DNA of 64,000 nt. It comes from Octopus bimaculoides (Eukaryota). The stretch spans positions 164,943,920 to 165,007,919 of the forward strand of contig NC_068982.1 of the NCBI RefSeq assembly GCF_001194135.2, read 5' to 3'. Shown here in pieces: positions 37,167 to 49,579 of this stretch (position 1 is its first letter; every line of letters begins with the position of its first letter). A program made the translations under genes and the position numbers. Below the pieces are notes generated by a model. That model did not search any database. It had not been told where the DNA came from and saw nothing but the letters and a program-made list of their open reading frames with translations.

Positions 37167-37949
37167 TTGTGTGTGTGTGTGTGTGTGTGTATGTAGTAAA
37201 AAGAAGAGAAATTAAAAAGAAATTAGCGACGAAAAGAAAGAAGAAGGTATAAAAAACAAATTGTTCTGTTTGGGTAGGCGGCATTAGCTGCCTTCAAGTT
37301 AGATAATACCTGCTTAAACTGGTTATATTTGGCGCAGGAAATAAAGGGTTAGTTTTATATTATAGTCTGCATTCGTTCAATTATGTACGGAAATACATGA
37401 GTGAAAATGTGAGATTTGTACGAGTGCAGTTTTATGGACTTCGTTGCGATGTCCTTTTCATGCATATGTTTGAATGAGTATTACTTTTCTCCACTGAATA
37501 TTATAAATTTAAACGGATCTTGCCTACCTAACACGCACAAAGCTAATGCGACTTGCAGTCAGAAAAATGTCTGCATTCTCTTTCCATCAACACTACCATG
37601 TATGCATTCAGTGTCTTTTCCTTCTTCCTTTTTTCTGCTTCCTTGTTCTTTATTCAACAAATTTATTCCACAAATTCTTAACTCTTTCCACACAGTTAAC
37701 TTATAAATATATTTTTCTCTTTGCCTCACTATCAAACTAGCTCTACCTTGCAAACGCTATGCCTTACATGCGAGATAAAGAATATAATTCTAAAACGCTT
37801 GGAAAATCCCAGAACATCAATCTGACGAAAGTAAATGAGCCGACAATTTGAAATAACTAGCAAACGTTCTTATAAAAAAAAACATAATAGGCACGCACAC
37901 ACACGCACACACACGCACACACACACGCCCCCCCCCACTCACACACACA

Positions 37950-38200
37950 CGTGGACCGAAAAGTGACTGGTGACGCGAAATGGGTTCTCTATAAAAATAT
38001 CAAGCGCCGAAGACAGTGGGCAGGGAAAGGAGAAATACCTGCACCACAGGCTAAAGGAGGCCTTCACTCATGTAAGGCAGTGTTATCTGTTTGGTACGAT
38101 ATGGAGTTTTAAATCCAAACCAAACTTTAACAAAAGAGATCTACTGTGAGCAGCTTCAGTCAGCGCTAGGAGAAAATCGACCATCTTTGGTTTCAAGACC
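37950..38200 (+). mobile_element. mariner transposase fragment
   Basis: DRKVTGDAKWVLYKNIKRRRQW..KGGLHSCKAVLSVWYD..NQTLTKEIYCEQL..ENRPSLVSR; corresponds to the VTGDEKW region of mariner. Confidence 0.8.
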
Positions 38201-38294
38201 TTAGATTAAAAAAGAACTTTGTTTATCTTACTTTTGAAAAATAAAAGAAGTATACAAAAAAACCGTTATTCAAGTGATGACCCAATATAGTATT

Positions 38295-38622
38295 ATATTC
38301 TTTTACTTGTTTCAGTCATTTTGACTGCAGCCATGCTGGAGCACCAACTTAGATGGCTTTAGTCGAACAAATTGACCCCAGGATTTATGCTTTGTGAGCC
38401 TGGTACTTATTCTATTGTATCGTTATACCGAAACGCTAAGTTACGGGTACATAAACACACCAGCATCGGTTGTCAAGCGATGGCGGAAGGACAAACACAA
38501 ACACACACACACTTAAACACACAAACATACATATAGTAGAAGACATTTGCCCAAGGTATCACGCAGTGAGACTGATCACAGAATCATGCGGTTGGGAAGC
38601 AAGCTTCTTACCACACAGCTTG
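38295..38622 (-). mobile_element. Family-1 SINE copy with partial deletion
   Basis: Tail TTTTACTTGTTTCAGTCA...CCATGCTGGAGCACC and head CACGCAGTGAGACTG...CTTACCACACAGC. Confidence 0.85.
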
Positions 38623-38720
38623 TAGTATATATATATGTAGTATATATACATATATATNNNNNNNNNNNNNNNNNNNNNNNNNNNNNNNNNNNNNNNNNNN
38701 NNNNNNNNNNNNNNNNNNNN

Positions 38721-38759
<39 letters not shown>

Positions 38760-38779
38760 ATATATACTACATATATATA

Positions 38780-38932
38780 TACTACAAGCTTCTTTCAGTT
38801 TCCGTCTGCGAAATCTCCTCGAAAGGCTTATGTCCCGAGGTTATAATAGAAGACACGTTCCCAAAGTGCCACGCAGTGGGATTGAACCCAGGATCATGTG
38901 GTTAGGAATCAAATTTATCACCGCACAGCCAT
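38780..38932 (-). mobile_element. Family-1 SINE head
   Basis: CTTCTTTCAGTTTCCGTCT...GCCACGCAGTGGGATTGAACCC...CACAGCC. Confidence 0.85.
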
Positions 38933-39944
38933 GCAGCTATGCTTGCGCTTTTATACATATTTATGTGCGTGTGTGTGTGTGTCTGTCTGTCTGTGTATGC
39001 GCGCGCGTGCCTGTGTATCTGTGTGTTTGTGTGTGTTTCTGTTTGTGCCTAAGCAGACAGTAAGTTACAGAGTTGTTTATTAACGAAAGTTAATAAAGAA
39101 TAATAAAGTTAGAAATCTAGTAGCAGGCGTAAGCTTGTGAGTATCACATTAAACCACAGACCAGAAAAGAATTTAGGTAAAATCTTCTCTCTATAAGACG
39201 GAACATTGTCGAAAGGATTCATATGTACATGCAAGAATTGCTTGTCAAAGACATTGCACAAGCAGAATTATATTTCTTGAAGAATGACTCGAACTTGATT
39301 TTAAATGTTTATTACAAATAAGAATATTTCTGGAATCAGTTTCACAGACAATTCCTAAAATTAAGAATTAAATCCTATGAAGATTAAAGAAATTTCCCTT
39401 TAATACAAAACCTAATTTCGAACGAAATACCTAGTTAGGTGGTTAAACTAATAATCCCACACAGCGACTTACTGCAGCAAATAGAAGTACCTTTATTATA
39501 TGACCCGACTCGTACAATGTATCGAAGCTTACTAGGAAACAATAACTTTTCAAACCAATGATTGTAAATAACAGTCAGCTTAGCAATTTGACAACTGGAT
39601 TTCGTTCCAAGAAGTTTGAGAAATGGCTGCTTAAGTTCTCAACGCCTTAACTTAAATTACAAAATTATCAGCATGATATACTGAGTGCGCATTCTTTCGT
39701 TTGTACTCACATGCATCTAATCTAGCTACCAAACTTCTCTCTCTCTTTCTCTCTCTTTCTCTCTCTTTCTCTCTCTTTCTCTCTCTTTCTCTCTCTCTCT
39801 CTCACTCTCTCTCTCTCCCTCTCTCTCCATATATATATANNNNNNNNNNNNNNNNNNNNNNNNNNNNNNNNNNNNNNNNNNNNNNNNNNNNNNNNNNNNN
39901 NNNNNNNNNNATAATAATAAATAATATATATGCATATGTGTGCA

Positions 39945-40428
39945 TAGGACGTCACCAACAGTGTAAACAACATGAAATGCGTAGACAAACGAGTTAAATA
40001 CGTAAACAGCGAGAAAAATAGACAACAGGACAAGTAAATACAGAGAACGACTGGACGTCTTTTTTCTCTCTCTTCTATCTGTCCTCTTTTCAAAGAAGAT
40101 ATTTCCCTCACCGTTCACTATTTTCCTCTCGTTCTGGTCTAACGACCCTCCATGTTTGTTTTCGTCCGGTTTCCTTGTGTGTCTCCACTGTCCTGTTTTT
40201 GTTCCCAACTTTGATCCTCCACAAATCCGAGATTTTATTTTAGAATTTATGGGAGCAACGGTTTTTGAAGACTGATATTGTCGTTGAATACTCGAAATGA
40301 GGAGTAGATAGACAGCCGACAACTGATAAAGGGTCATTTCTCTGTGTTTTCCATTTTTTGCTCTCGTTGCGTACGTATTTAACTCGTTTGTCTACGTATT
40401 TCATGTTATTTACACAGTTGGTGACGTC

Positions 40429-40431
<3 letters not shown>
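39945..40431. mobile_element. MITE with about 100-bp TIRs (ends CAGGACGTCACC, TA flank on the right)
   Basis: GGACGTCACCAACAGTGTAAACAACATGAAATGCGTAGACAAACGAGTTAAATACGTA at 39947 is inverted at 40370-40431. Confidence 0.85.
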
Positions 40432-40476
<45 letters not shown>

Positions 40477-40805
40477 GGTCTGCCTGTATGTATGTATGTA
40501 TGTATGTATGTATGTATGTATGTATGTATATCGGTGACTGTTTTTTTCTAATTTTCTTCTAAATATCTTTCTATCTATATACAAACACACACATACACAC
40601 ACATATTTATATGGAAGCAAAGAGATGTATGCAAACTCAATCACACCATGCAGTCATTTTTATGTGCTTGCGTGAGAGCGAGAGCGTGTATGTAATATAC
40701 ACATAAATATCTACGTATTGATATATTCACTAATATCCGAAATTTTGAGAATATCATATTGCATTTGTTGCTTATGTGTATGCATGTGTGTGCGTGCGCC
40801 CGTCC

Positions 40806-40856
<51 letters not shown>

Positions 40857-42167
40857 CGTGTGTGCGTGTGTGTGTGTATGTGTGTGTGTTTGTGTGTATA
40901 GATATATAAGTGTCTTATCTTCAAGATCAAATGGAATAAAATTTGATGTTTACTTTTATTATTTTAAAATAATTTAAGCATCTAATTCGAAATGGATTTC
41001 ATTTTTTATTGTATTTCTTCTTATCAGATTTTATTATAAATAAATCAAGAACTATAAAAGAATAATGACTCTTCCATATATTACATAGATATTTGACCCT
41101 GCGTTCATTGTGTGCATAATTACGATAATTATTAAAAAAAGTCAGTTCAGGCACTTTCTCAACATTGTTATCTGCTTGATTTAATTCACACAAGGAGCGA
41201 GATATTATGCTGCATAAATAAATATATATTTGAGGCTGCACGTGAGCACATATAGGTATGGGTATGTTTATATGCACTTTCATATAGCCATGTATGCTCA
41301 CATATTTTTGCAGTTTATNNNNNNNNNNNNNNNNNNNNNNNNNNNNNNNNNNNNNNNNNNNNNNNNNNNNNNNNNNNNNNNNNNNNNNNNNNNNNNNNNN
41401 NNNNNNNNNNNNNNNNNNNNNNNNNNNNNNNNNNNNNNNNNNNNNNNNNNNNNNNNNNNNNNNNNNNNNNNNNNNNNNNNNNNNNNNNNNNNNNNNNNNN
41501 NNNNNNNNNNNNNNNNNNNNNNNNNNNNNNNNNNNNNNNNNNNNNNNNNNNNNNNNNNNNNNNNNNNNNNNNNNNNNNNNNNNNNNNNNNNNNNNNNNNN
41601 NNNNNNNNNNNNNNNNNNNNNNNNNNNNNNNNNNNNNNNNNNNNNNNNNNNNNNNNNNNNNNNNNNNNNNNNNNNNNNNNNNNNNNNNNNNNNNNNNNNN
41701 NNNNNNNNNNNNNNNNNNNNNNNNNNNNNNNNNNNNNNNNNNNNNNNNNNNNNNNNNNNNNNNNNNNNNNNNNNNNNNNNNNNNNNNNNNNNNNNNNNNN
41801 NNNNNNNNNNNNNNNNNNNNNNNNNNNNNNNNNNNNNNNNNNNNNNNNNNNNNNNNNNNNNNNNNNNNNNNNNNNNNNNNNNNNNNNNNNNNNNNNNNNN
41901 NNNNNNNNNNNNNNNNNNNNNNNNNNNNNNNNNNNNNNNNNNNNNNNNNNNNNNNNNNNNNNNNNNNNNNNNNNNNNNNNNNNNNNNNNNNNNNNNNNNN
42001 NNNNNNNNNNNNNNNNNNNNNNNNNNNNNNNNNNNNNNNNNNNNNNNNNNNNNNNNNNNNNNNNNNNNNNNNNNNNNNNNNNNNNNNNNNNNNNNNNNNN
42101 NNNNNNNNNNNNNNNNNNNNNNNNNNNNNNNNNNNNNNNNNNNNNNNNNNNNNNNNNNNNNNNNNNN

Positions 42168-42195
<28 letters not shown>

Positions 42196-42199
<4 letters not shown>

Positions 42200-42232
42200 G
42201 GCTGGAACGAGTAAAAGCGTAAAAGAGTATAT
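42196..42232 (+). mobile_element. Family-1 SINE 3' tail remnant next to a gap
   Basis: GCTGGAACGAGTAAAAGCGTAAAAGAGTATA has the same tail motif as 42800-42840. Confidence 0.5.
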
Positions 42233-42436
42233 AACTAAATATACACGCGCGCACACACACAGGACTTGAGATGTTTGCCTTGACTTAAAGTTTGTTGTTC
42301 TCTTTAACAATCATATATCCGCTGCATCTGAAATCGGCAATGGCTCCATAACTACCGTCTCGGCTATAATCTGTTACAGCACTTACCTTAAGTACCTATT
42401 CATTTAGGTCACCTGTGAACTAAACCACCGTACTTT

Positions 42437-42842
42437 GTAGCTGTGTGGTAAGTATCTTTCCTACCAACCACATGGTTCCGAGTTCAGTCCCACCGCGTAG
42501 CACCTTGGGCAAGTGTCTTCTACTATAGCCTCGGGCCGACCAAAGCCTTGTGAGTGGATTTGGTAGACGGAAACTGAAAGAAGCCCGTCGTATATATGTA
42601 TATATATATATGTATGTGTTTGTGTGTCTGTGTTTGTCCCCACAACATCGCTTGACAACCAATGCTGGTGTGTTTACGTCCCCGCAACTTAGCGGTTCGG
42701 CAAAAGAGACCGATAGAATAAGTACTAGGCTTACAAAGAATAAGTCCTGGGATCGATTTCCTCGACTAAAGGTGGTGCTCCAGCATGGCCGCAGCTAAAT
42801 GACTGAAACGAGTAAACGAGTAAAAGAGTAAAAGAGTATATA
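42437..42842 (+). mobile_element. Family-1 SINE, full length, (GAGTAAAA)n tail
   Basis: Complete head, central microsatellite, body and tail ACGAGTAAACGAGTAAAAGAGTAAAAGAGT. Confidence 0.92.
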
Positions 42843-44289
42843 TNNNNNNNNNNNNNNNNNNNNNNNNNNNNNNNNNNNNNNNNNNNNNNNNNNNNNNNNN
42901 NNNNNNNNNNNNNNNNNNNNNNNNNNNNNNNNAAATATATATATAACAAAGTAAAGTCGTAAGATACCGCACGAGTGGAAATATATATGAAACAAGTTTC
43001 ACATTTTTAGAAAAAGTTTGTCAAAAGTAAAATGTAAAGCTTTGAAAGAGCTTTGTTGTGTTAAGTACTGGTTATCACAAAAGTATTAAAATACATATAT
43101 ACATTCTTTGATAATAATAATAAGAAAATGTTAAAAACAGTTTACAATAAAGTATTTTAAGAAAGTAATCAGAACGGGACTCCAAAATGCATTTTGAGTT
43201 CAATAAAAATCATGTTTGTTTGGTAGTATATATATATATACAGAAGGAGATATATTTAAGAATTTACAAAAAATTTTAGAGGAATAACTGACCTGTCTTG
43301 TTGGCATTTTGTTGTGTGTAGCTAAGGAGTGTTTGCTGTTTTAAGGACAGTGTGGGAGGTTGGTTGGTTGTGGTGGTGGGGGGAAGAGCAATGTGGATCC
43401 AAGAGAATGTTTTTGTTTCTGGGCTAGTCTGTCGTGGTTTAGTGGTTTTTGAAACTGGTCTTAGAGGTCAGAATGGTGTGAGTGTGCACCTCTCTATGCG
43501 CGTGTGTGTTTTATATTTGGTAGGAAGATGTGTGAATATGTGTGCACGTTTGTATATGTGTGTATGTGGAACGCTGGCAGAAATTTGGTGACTCACAAGG
43601 CAAATACTTTGAAGGAGACTAAATCAAAATGGTGATGTTTTTAATACCACTTCTTATTTACCGAAAGGTTGGATATATTTTTACTACACCTCGTATATTT
43701 AAATATAAATACATATAAATCACAGATGAGATCCAAAGATTCTCTGTATATAAGGCAGTAGTGATCAATTGTGTCACGCTTCGACTTCCTCTCTCACTAT
43801 TGATTGACACTCCTACTATTGCTTATGTTGGGGTGAGAGTAATAGTAGGCATAGAGGCGGTAGTACATTGTTGGCTGTGATGGTAAAGGGATAACACTAA
43901 TAGTATGACTTGTAGTTGTGACAGAGGCAGAGGCGACGGTCATGCCGGGGCAGCATATATAACAACCTTCTTATGTTAAACAACTTAATGACAGCGACGA
44001 ATCCCTCCTCAAAACGGCACTTTAATGGTTTGAAAAATAACAGAGAAGAAAGAAAGAGAAATCCGTGTAATTGAAAATATATATAAGCATACTTTAAAGC
44101 TTTCTACACGCACAAGATGCTTCTGAAAAAATCATTGCCGATGCACTTCTAGTGGTTCCTCTCATGAGGTATATTTCAAAACACGTTTAAAAGAATTTAT
44201 AATATGCTCTCTACAGAAATTTAACACGTGCATGTCTGTGACTACGCACATCATCTAAGTCATGGAATGCATTAGAAAAAGGTAGCTGA

Positions 44290-44960
44290 TCACGTTCCTA
44301 GCAAGGAGCTAGTACAGACAACTGCCAATGCATTACGATTGGATATTGAAATAAGAGTTCAGTCGTTTAAATATCGATCTGATATATATTATATGTATCG
44401 ACTTTAAGAAAATCTTCGATTTGTTCATTATGAAAAGTTGTAGCAAACTGCGTGACAGGTACATAGATGGATAACGAGGGGGTATAGTCGTTTTACTGTT
44501 TGGAAGTAGGAGGTAGGTAGCTGCAGTTAACAGCGTTTTCGAGTCGTAGACATTTCAAGGGACCTTAAGGAACTGAACTGGGACCAATACTTTTTGTGGT
44601 GACGCTGTCACCTATGCCCTCAGTCATATTGCAAAGCAATTTCAGCAGAAAATCTGATGTTACAAATGTATCACAGACAATCAAGAAACACTGAGGATAA
44701 AAGAAAACTACAGAAAGACCTGATCACAATATACAAGTCGAACGAGGGAAATAGTATGTAGTTTAATGCTGAAAGAATGCAAATGCTCTGCTCTCCGCTC
44801 TCAGATAGGATCAGCGTTTACTGCTATTCCAGAGTCATAATCAGTGTGTGATCTGAGAATCTTCATGAGTAATAATGTATCACTTTATGTGCGTATTACT
44901 AAAATGGCAACAACGTGCATATCATTGGTTGGCTCGCTGAGTTTTGAAATCATTCAGAAC
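44290..44960 (+). mobile_element. Old CR1/L2-type RT fragment
   Basis: Decayed YIDFKKIFD (DFxKAFD), GP*GTELGPILF (GVPQGxxLGPxLF) and VCDLRIFMSNN (VRDLGI). Confidence 0.6.
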
Positions 44961-45059
44961 ATGATACAGAGCAACAATATTGGTCCTGTGAAGAACATTT
45001 ATTTTCATTGGCCTGGAAAATTACTCCCAATTATTTGTTTATTTCTTTTAATATACCCA

Positions 45060-45950
45060 GGCCTATTCCCCATGTTTTAGGAGTGGGTAGCCACAAGACA
45101 CACACCAGGCATTCCATTTATTTCCCATCACAAAGAGGAGAACCTCGTTCTATGCTCAGGTCAAGGCATAGAACGCAACCTCCAATATCAGAAGCGAGGC
45201 CCGACAAAATATGCCGGTTTACCCCGCTGTCTCATACTGGTTCCGTACCCCTTTGAGCAACATAAAAATCACTCATCCGTCCACAAACACTCTTCAAGCT
45301 TTCCTATCATTTATAAACTCTCTTGCCTCTCTCACTCCAACACCACTAACCACCAAAGCTTTCCACTCCATCTACCCACACAAACTGAGGTATGGCTCTG
45401 ATTCTGCTGCCTACCTGTTCTCCTGTCTTCACTCTCCTTACCATCCGTTTCTCATCCATCCTCTCCAAGTGGCCAAACCACCTCAAAAGTCGTCTATCCA
45501 TTTTGGTTGTTAATTTTACCCTCATTCTTGCTCGCCTTCACACTTCTTCATTCTTTATCCTGTTCATCTGTGTCATACCAACCATAGCCCTTAAATATCT
45601 CATCTCAAACTCATCTAGGCGCCTCCTTTCCGCCTCTCTCAGCCCCATGTCTCTGCACTATATAACATTGTCGGCACAATCATGCCCTCATAACACCTCT
45701 TTTCGCTTTCATGCACAACCTTTTATCTCTCAGCATACCTTCACAACTCCAAGTATCTTACTCCCCTCCCTCACTCTATCTCACCATTTATACGCACATC
45801 CATCCTACCACCCATTCTATCTCTCAAACATCTCATCACCTTACTCTTAGCTACATTCAATTTCAGTTTCCTCCCCTCACACACTCTTCCAAACTCTACC
45901 ATCTGTCTCCTCACTTGCTCTTCCGAATCACAAAAATGGGACACGCAGAG
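45060..45950 (-). mobile_element. RTE-clade LINE, 3' RT fragment and 3' UTR
   Basis: Minus strand gives YEGMIVPTMLYSAETWGLREAERRRLDEFEMRYLRAMVG..RIKNEEV..LRWFGHLERMDEKRMVRRV. Confidence 0.85.
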
Positions 45951-46249
45951 TGAGTCAGGAAATGAAATGAAATGAAGATGACACTGGCACGAACAACCAA
46001 AGGAAAATTATANNNNNNNNNNNNNNNNNNNNNNNNNNNNNNNNNNNNNNNNNNNNNNNNNNNNNNNNNNNNNNNNNNNNNNNNNNNNNNNNNNNNNNNN
46101 NNNNNNNNNNNNNNNNNNNNNNNNNNNNNNNNNNNNNNNNNNNNNNNNNNNNNNNNNNNNNNNNNNNNNNNNNNNNNNNNNNNNNNNNNNNNNNNNNNNN
46201 NNNNNNNNNNNNTATATATATATATATATATATGTGTGCATGTATGTAT

Positions 46250-46720
46250 GTATGAGGTCCAAGTATTCTCCCAATTCTCCAGACCGACTCCAGGGCTATA
46301 TACCGCTACATAGACAACCGTATAGGCACCAATTCGTTCTCTCGCGAACACCTCTCCAATTTACCTCAACCATCTCTGAGACTTCTGAAAACTTCCTAGA
46401 TATCTCTCTCACCGCTTTCTTCAAACCCCACCGACTCCCACCTCTACCTCAAATTTTCCACCTCTTCACCCTACCCCTTCGTCAGAGGATCCTATGGGTT
46501 TTCCGTCGTCTCCAACGAGATCCCACCACTTACCCCATTTTCCCCCAAGCCGCCCTTGCCCTCCTTTAAATGCGCCCGTAATCTAGTGATCTACCGGTCC
46601 GTAGCACCTTCGCCTCTTCCATACCAACCCAACCTGGACCCTTCCGTTGCTCTAGATCCTGCTCCCACACCTGTCCTTTCATCACCAACACCACCTCCCT
46701 CACAGTAGCCTCCTCGGTAA
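46250..46720 (+). mobile_element. Penelope-like element RT/thumb fragment with internal deletions
   Basis: RYIDN (RYIDD), QFTSTISETSENFLDISL, FKPTDSHLYLKFS and FKCARNL...PGPFRCSRSCSHTCPFI. Confidence 0.8.
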
Positions 46721-48432
46721 GGACCGCTCGTTCGGCAGAATCCGAGCCAATCTTCTGTCAGCATATATGTATTTACCATAACAATTCATAGATGATTTAG
46801 TAGATCACTAATGTGTATAAAAAAATTAATATAAACAGTCATACGCAATGTAGTACCATAAACCGAATGTATAATCTTCATTAAACGTGACTAATTCAGT
46901 TCCTTAACAAGTTTTTAAATTAACACTTTGTTGATGGAAGTTGTATCAGTTATATTCGGCGTTAAAATTAATCGTCTGCACACTTAAAAGTTTGTCTAGT
47001 ACTAATGCAAAACAATATCAATTTCATTGTTCGGGAGAAGTTAAGAAAGCAGAAGATAGGACGAAATGATTGTCATAAAAACATTTCTTTTGTTATTTTC
47101 TGAATTTCAAATTATAACTTAGGCAATTTATACACGTTGCATCTGTCTCATGGTCATAATATGAGTCACAGTGACATTATTTTTGAATAAGTTTGAATCG
47201 ACTCTGCTCTTCCATAATCCTACAATAATTGATCACCTATCTACGTAGAAACAAATATACAATTCCCTGGGCATTTACGATAATGTCTCGAACTGAAACG
47301 GGATTATATATCAAGCTACAGAATAAATGTAATGTAAAGTAATTTGGAAATAAATTTCTGATCTTTTAGATCAATTGGAGCAAACTGTTTTGCTTCTTTT
47401 TAAAATAATTTAGATATTTCATTAGAAATTGATTCTATTCTTTATATTGCTTTTCTTCTTAGGAAAATTAATTATAAATATTGTAAAGCATAAAAATAAT
47501 AATTCCTATAAAATGATTAGATAGTTTTGCGTTCTTTCGTATGCATTATTACGAGAAGAATGACACATTCAGATAAGGCATTTTCTCAACAACGTTATCT
47601 GCATGAGTTTATTCACACAAACAAGCATCAGATTATGCTGCAATTTTTATTTTAACTTTCGTTGAATTTGTTAACCAGGTTTTGTATTTCCCTTTGTATT
47701 CCATGAATAAAATATAATTTGGTTTCCATTTACTGCACGTTCTGTTGTTGCAGTTGCCGGAAGTGCTATGGTTTAAAAACAAAATCACAGCAATGTTCTA
47801 CAATATGCTTGTAAGCAAACATTAAACACGTTATGTTTGACGTTATCACTCAAGATATTTACAAGTTATTAAAGCCTTGAGGCCACAAGAGATTTTATTT
47901 TTCTTTCTGAATGAATAATTAAAACCGGAAATTCTAGGAAAGAGAAGAATTTTGCAATAAAAATCATTTAAATTTGTTTCGCAGAAGAACAATGAAAGGA
48001 AATCCACACGAAATATACAAAAGAATCTGCTAGAAAAATAAATAATATATATTGTTCAAAAATTTCCTCTTCAGTTAAAGAAATTTAACAAGCTGTTTCT
48101 CTGAATGGCTTTTGCAATAACTTTCGATCCCCGTTAGTTGTATGTAGGTGTATCAGTATATGATGAGATAGCTTTGTACTTTCCATATATATATATATAT
48201 ATATATATATANNNNNNNNNNNNNNNNNNNNNNNNNNNNNNNNNNNNNNNNNNNNNNNNNNNNNNNNNNNNNNNNNNNNNNNNNNNNNNNNNNNNNNNNN
48301 NNNNNNNNNNNNNNNNNNNNNNNNNNNNNNNNNNNNNNNNNNNNNNNNNNNNNNNNNNNNNNNNNNNNNNNNNNNNNNNNNNNNNNNNNNNNNNNNNNNN
48401 NNNNNNNNNNNNNNNNNNNNNNNNNNNNNNNN

Positions 48433-48498
<66 letters not shown>

Positions 48499-48909
48499 GT
48501 TGTAGTTGATATTTATTAATGAAAATTGTCTCTTTGTTTAGTCTTTGCTGCACTGAGGTGTTCTGGGAACATTGATAAAAAGGGAAAATTAGAAAGTTTG
48601 GTCTAAGGTTCCTAGTACATTTATTTATACGCTCACTATCCTGTATCTGTCTATATTGTGTGAAGCGAATTTGTTCTTTGTGAAGCGTTGTTCTTCGTCT
48701 GAGAGACTTCGTGTTTGGCTAATATGTTGTTTCTGCATTCTAAGCAGGCAATAACTTAGATCAAGTTTTCAGAGGCACAACTGAAATATTTAAGATAAAG
48801 TCAAATTTCATGTTGTTTTCTTGTTTCAACTGGAAAACCTGCCACGAGTGTCAGCCCCGAATATGTGAAGAAAATTCATCAGTTTCAGCATGTTGATTGT
48901 CGGAGGACC

Positions 48910-49200
48910 ATCAATGATGTTTTGAAGTGTGTGAGGGAGGACATTCGGTGAAAACGACTGAATCTATGGAACACGAACAACTGCATTCTTCACGACGACA
49001 ATGGACCGTGGTGCAACATGGTATTGCTTCTACATTCGCCCTGCTCACCAGATTTAGCACCTGCGGACTTCCATATCTTCCTCCAAGATAAAAATGTAAC
49101 TCAAAGGTCACCATTTTAACACTGTTGTCAAGATCCAGAACGAATCGCAAAAGGTTCTCGACTCGCTTACCAAAAACACTTCCATTGAACATTTGCTGGA
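48910..49200 (+). mobile_element. mariner transposase fragment (second and third catalytic region)
   Basis: ILHDDNG, HSPCSPDLAPADF, LKGHHFNTVVKIQNESQKVLDSLT. Confidence 0.82.
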
Positions 49201-49229
49201 ATATTACACGATAAAACAATATCGGGAAT

Positions 49230-49515
49230 AACTAGCTTGTAACATTGAATATCTTAGAGTAATGTGCATATTACCAAGATGACAATACTATGCAGGCGAG
49301 TAGGTAGCTGGATGGATTCTAAGATCATTCAGAACCAGAGAAAATGATACCATGATACGCCTATGGAGAACGTTCTTACTGCTCCCAACTGTGGTTTCTG
49401 CATAGCGTCAAACTAGTGGCGGATGTTGAGGCAATTCACCTGACTACACAAAGGAGACTGTCTCGGTAAAACAAATGCGCTACTGGGAGACTACAGAAAC
49501 TGAAGCTCGACTCTG
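49230..49515 (+). mobile_element. CR1/L2-type RT C-terminal fragment
   Basis: GWILRSFRTRENDTMIRLWRTF, YCSQLWF and a decayed YW.RLQKLKL.S motif. Confidence 0.7.
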
Positions 49516-49527
49516 TACATACATACA

Positions 49528-49558
<31 letters not shown>

Positions 49559-49579
49559 GTACATACATACATACATACA

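Noticed and set aside
42381-42412. Perfect minus-strand donor AAG|GTAAGT
   Set aside because: The only plausible upstream 26-nt exon has stops in all frames and a poor acceptor.
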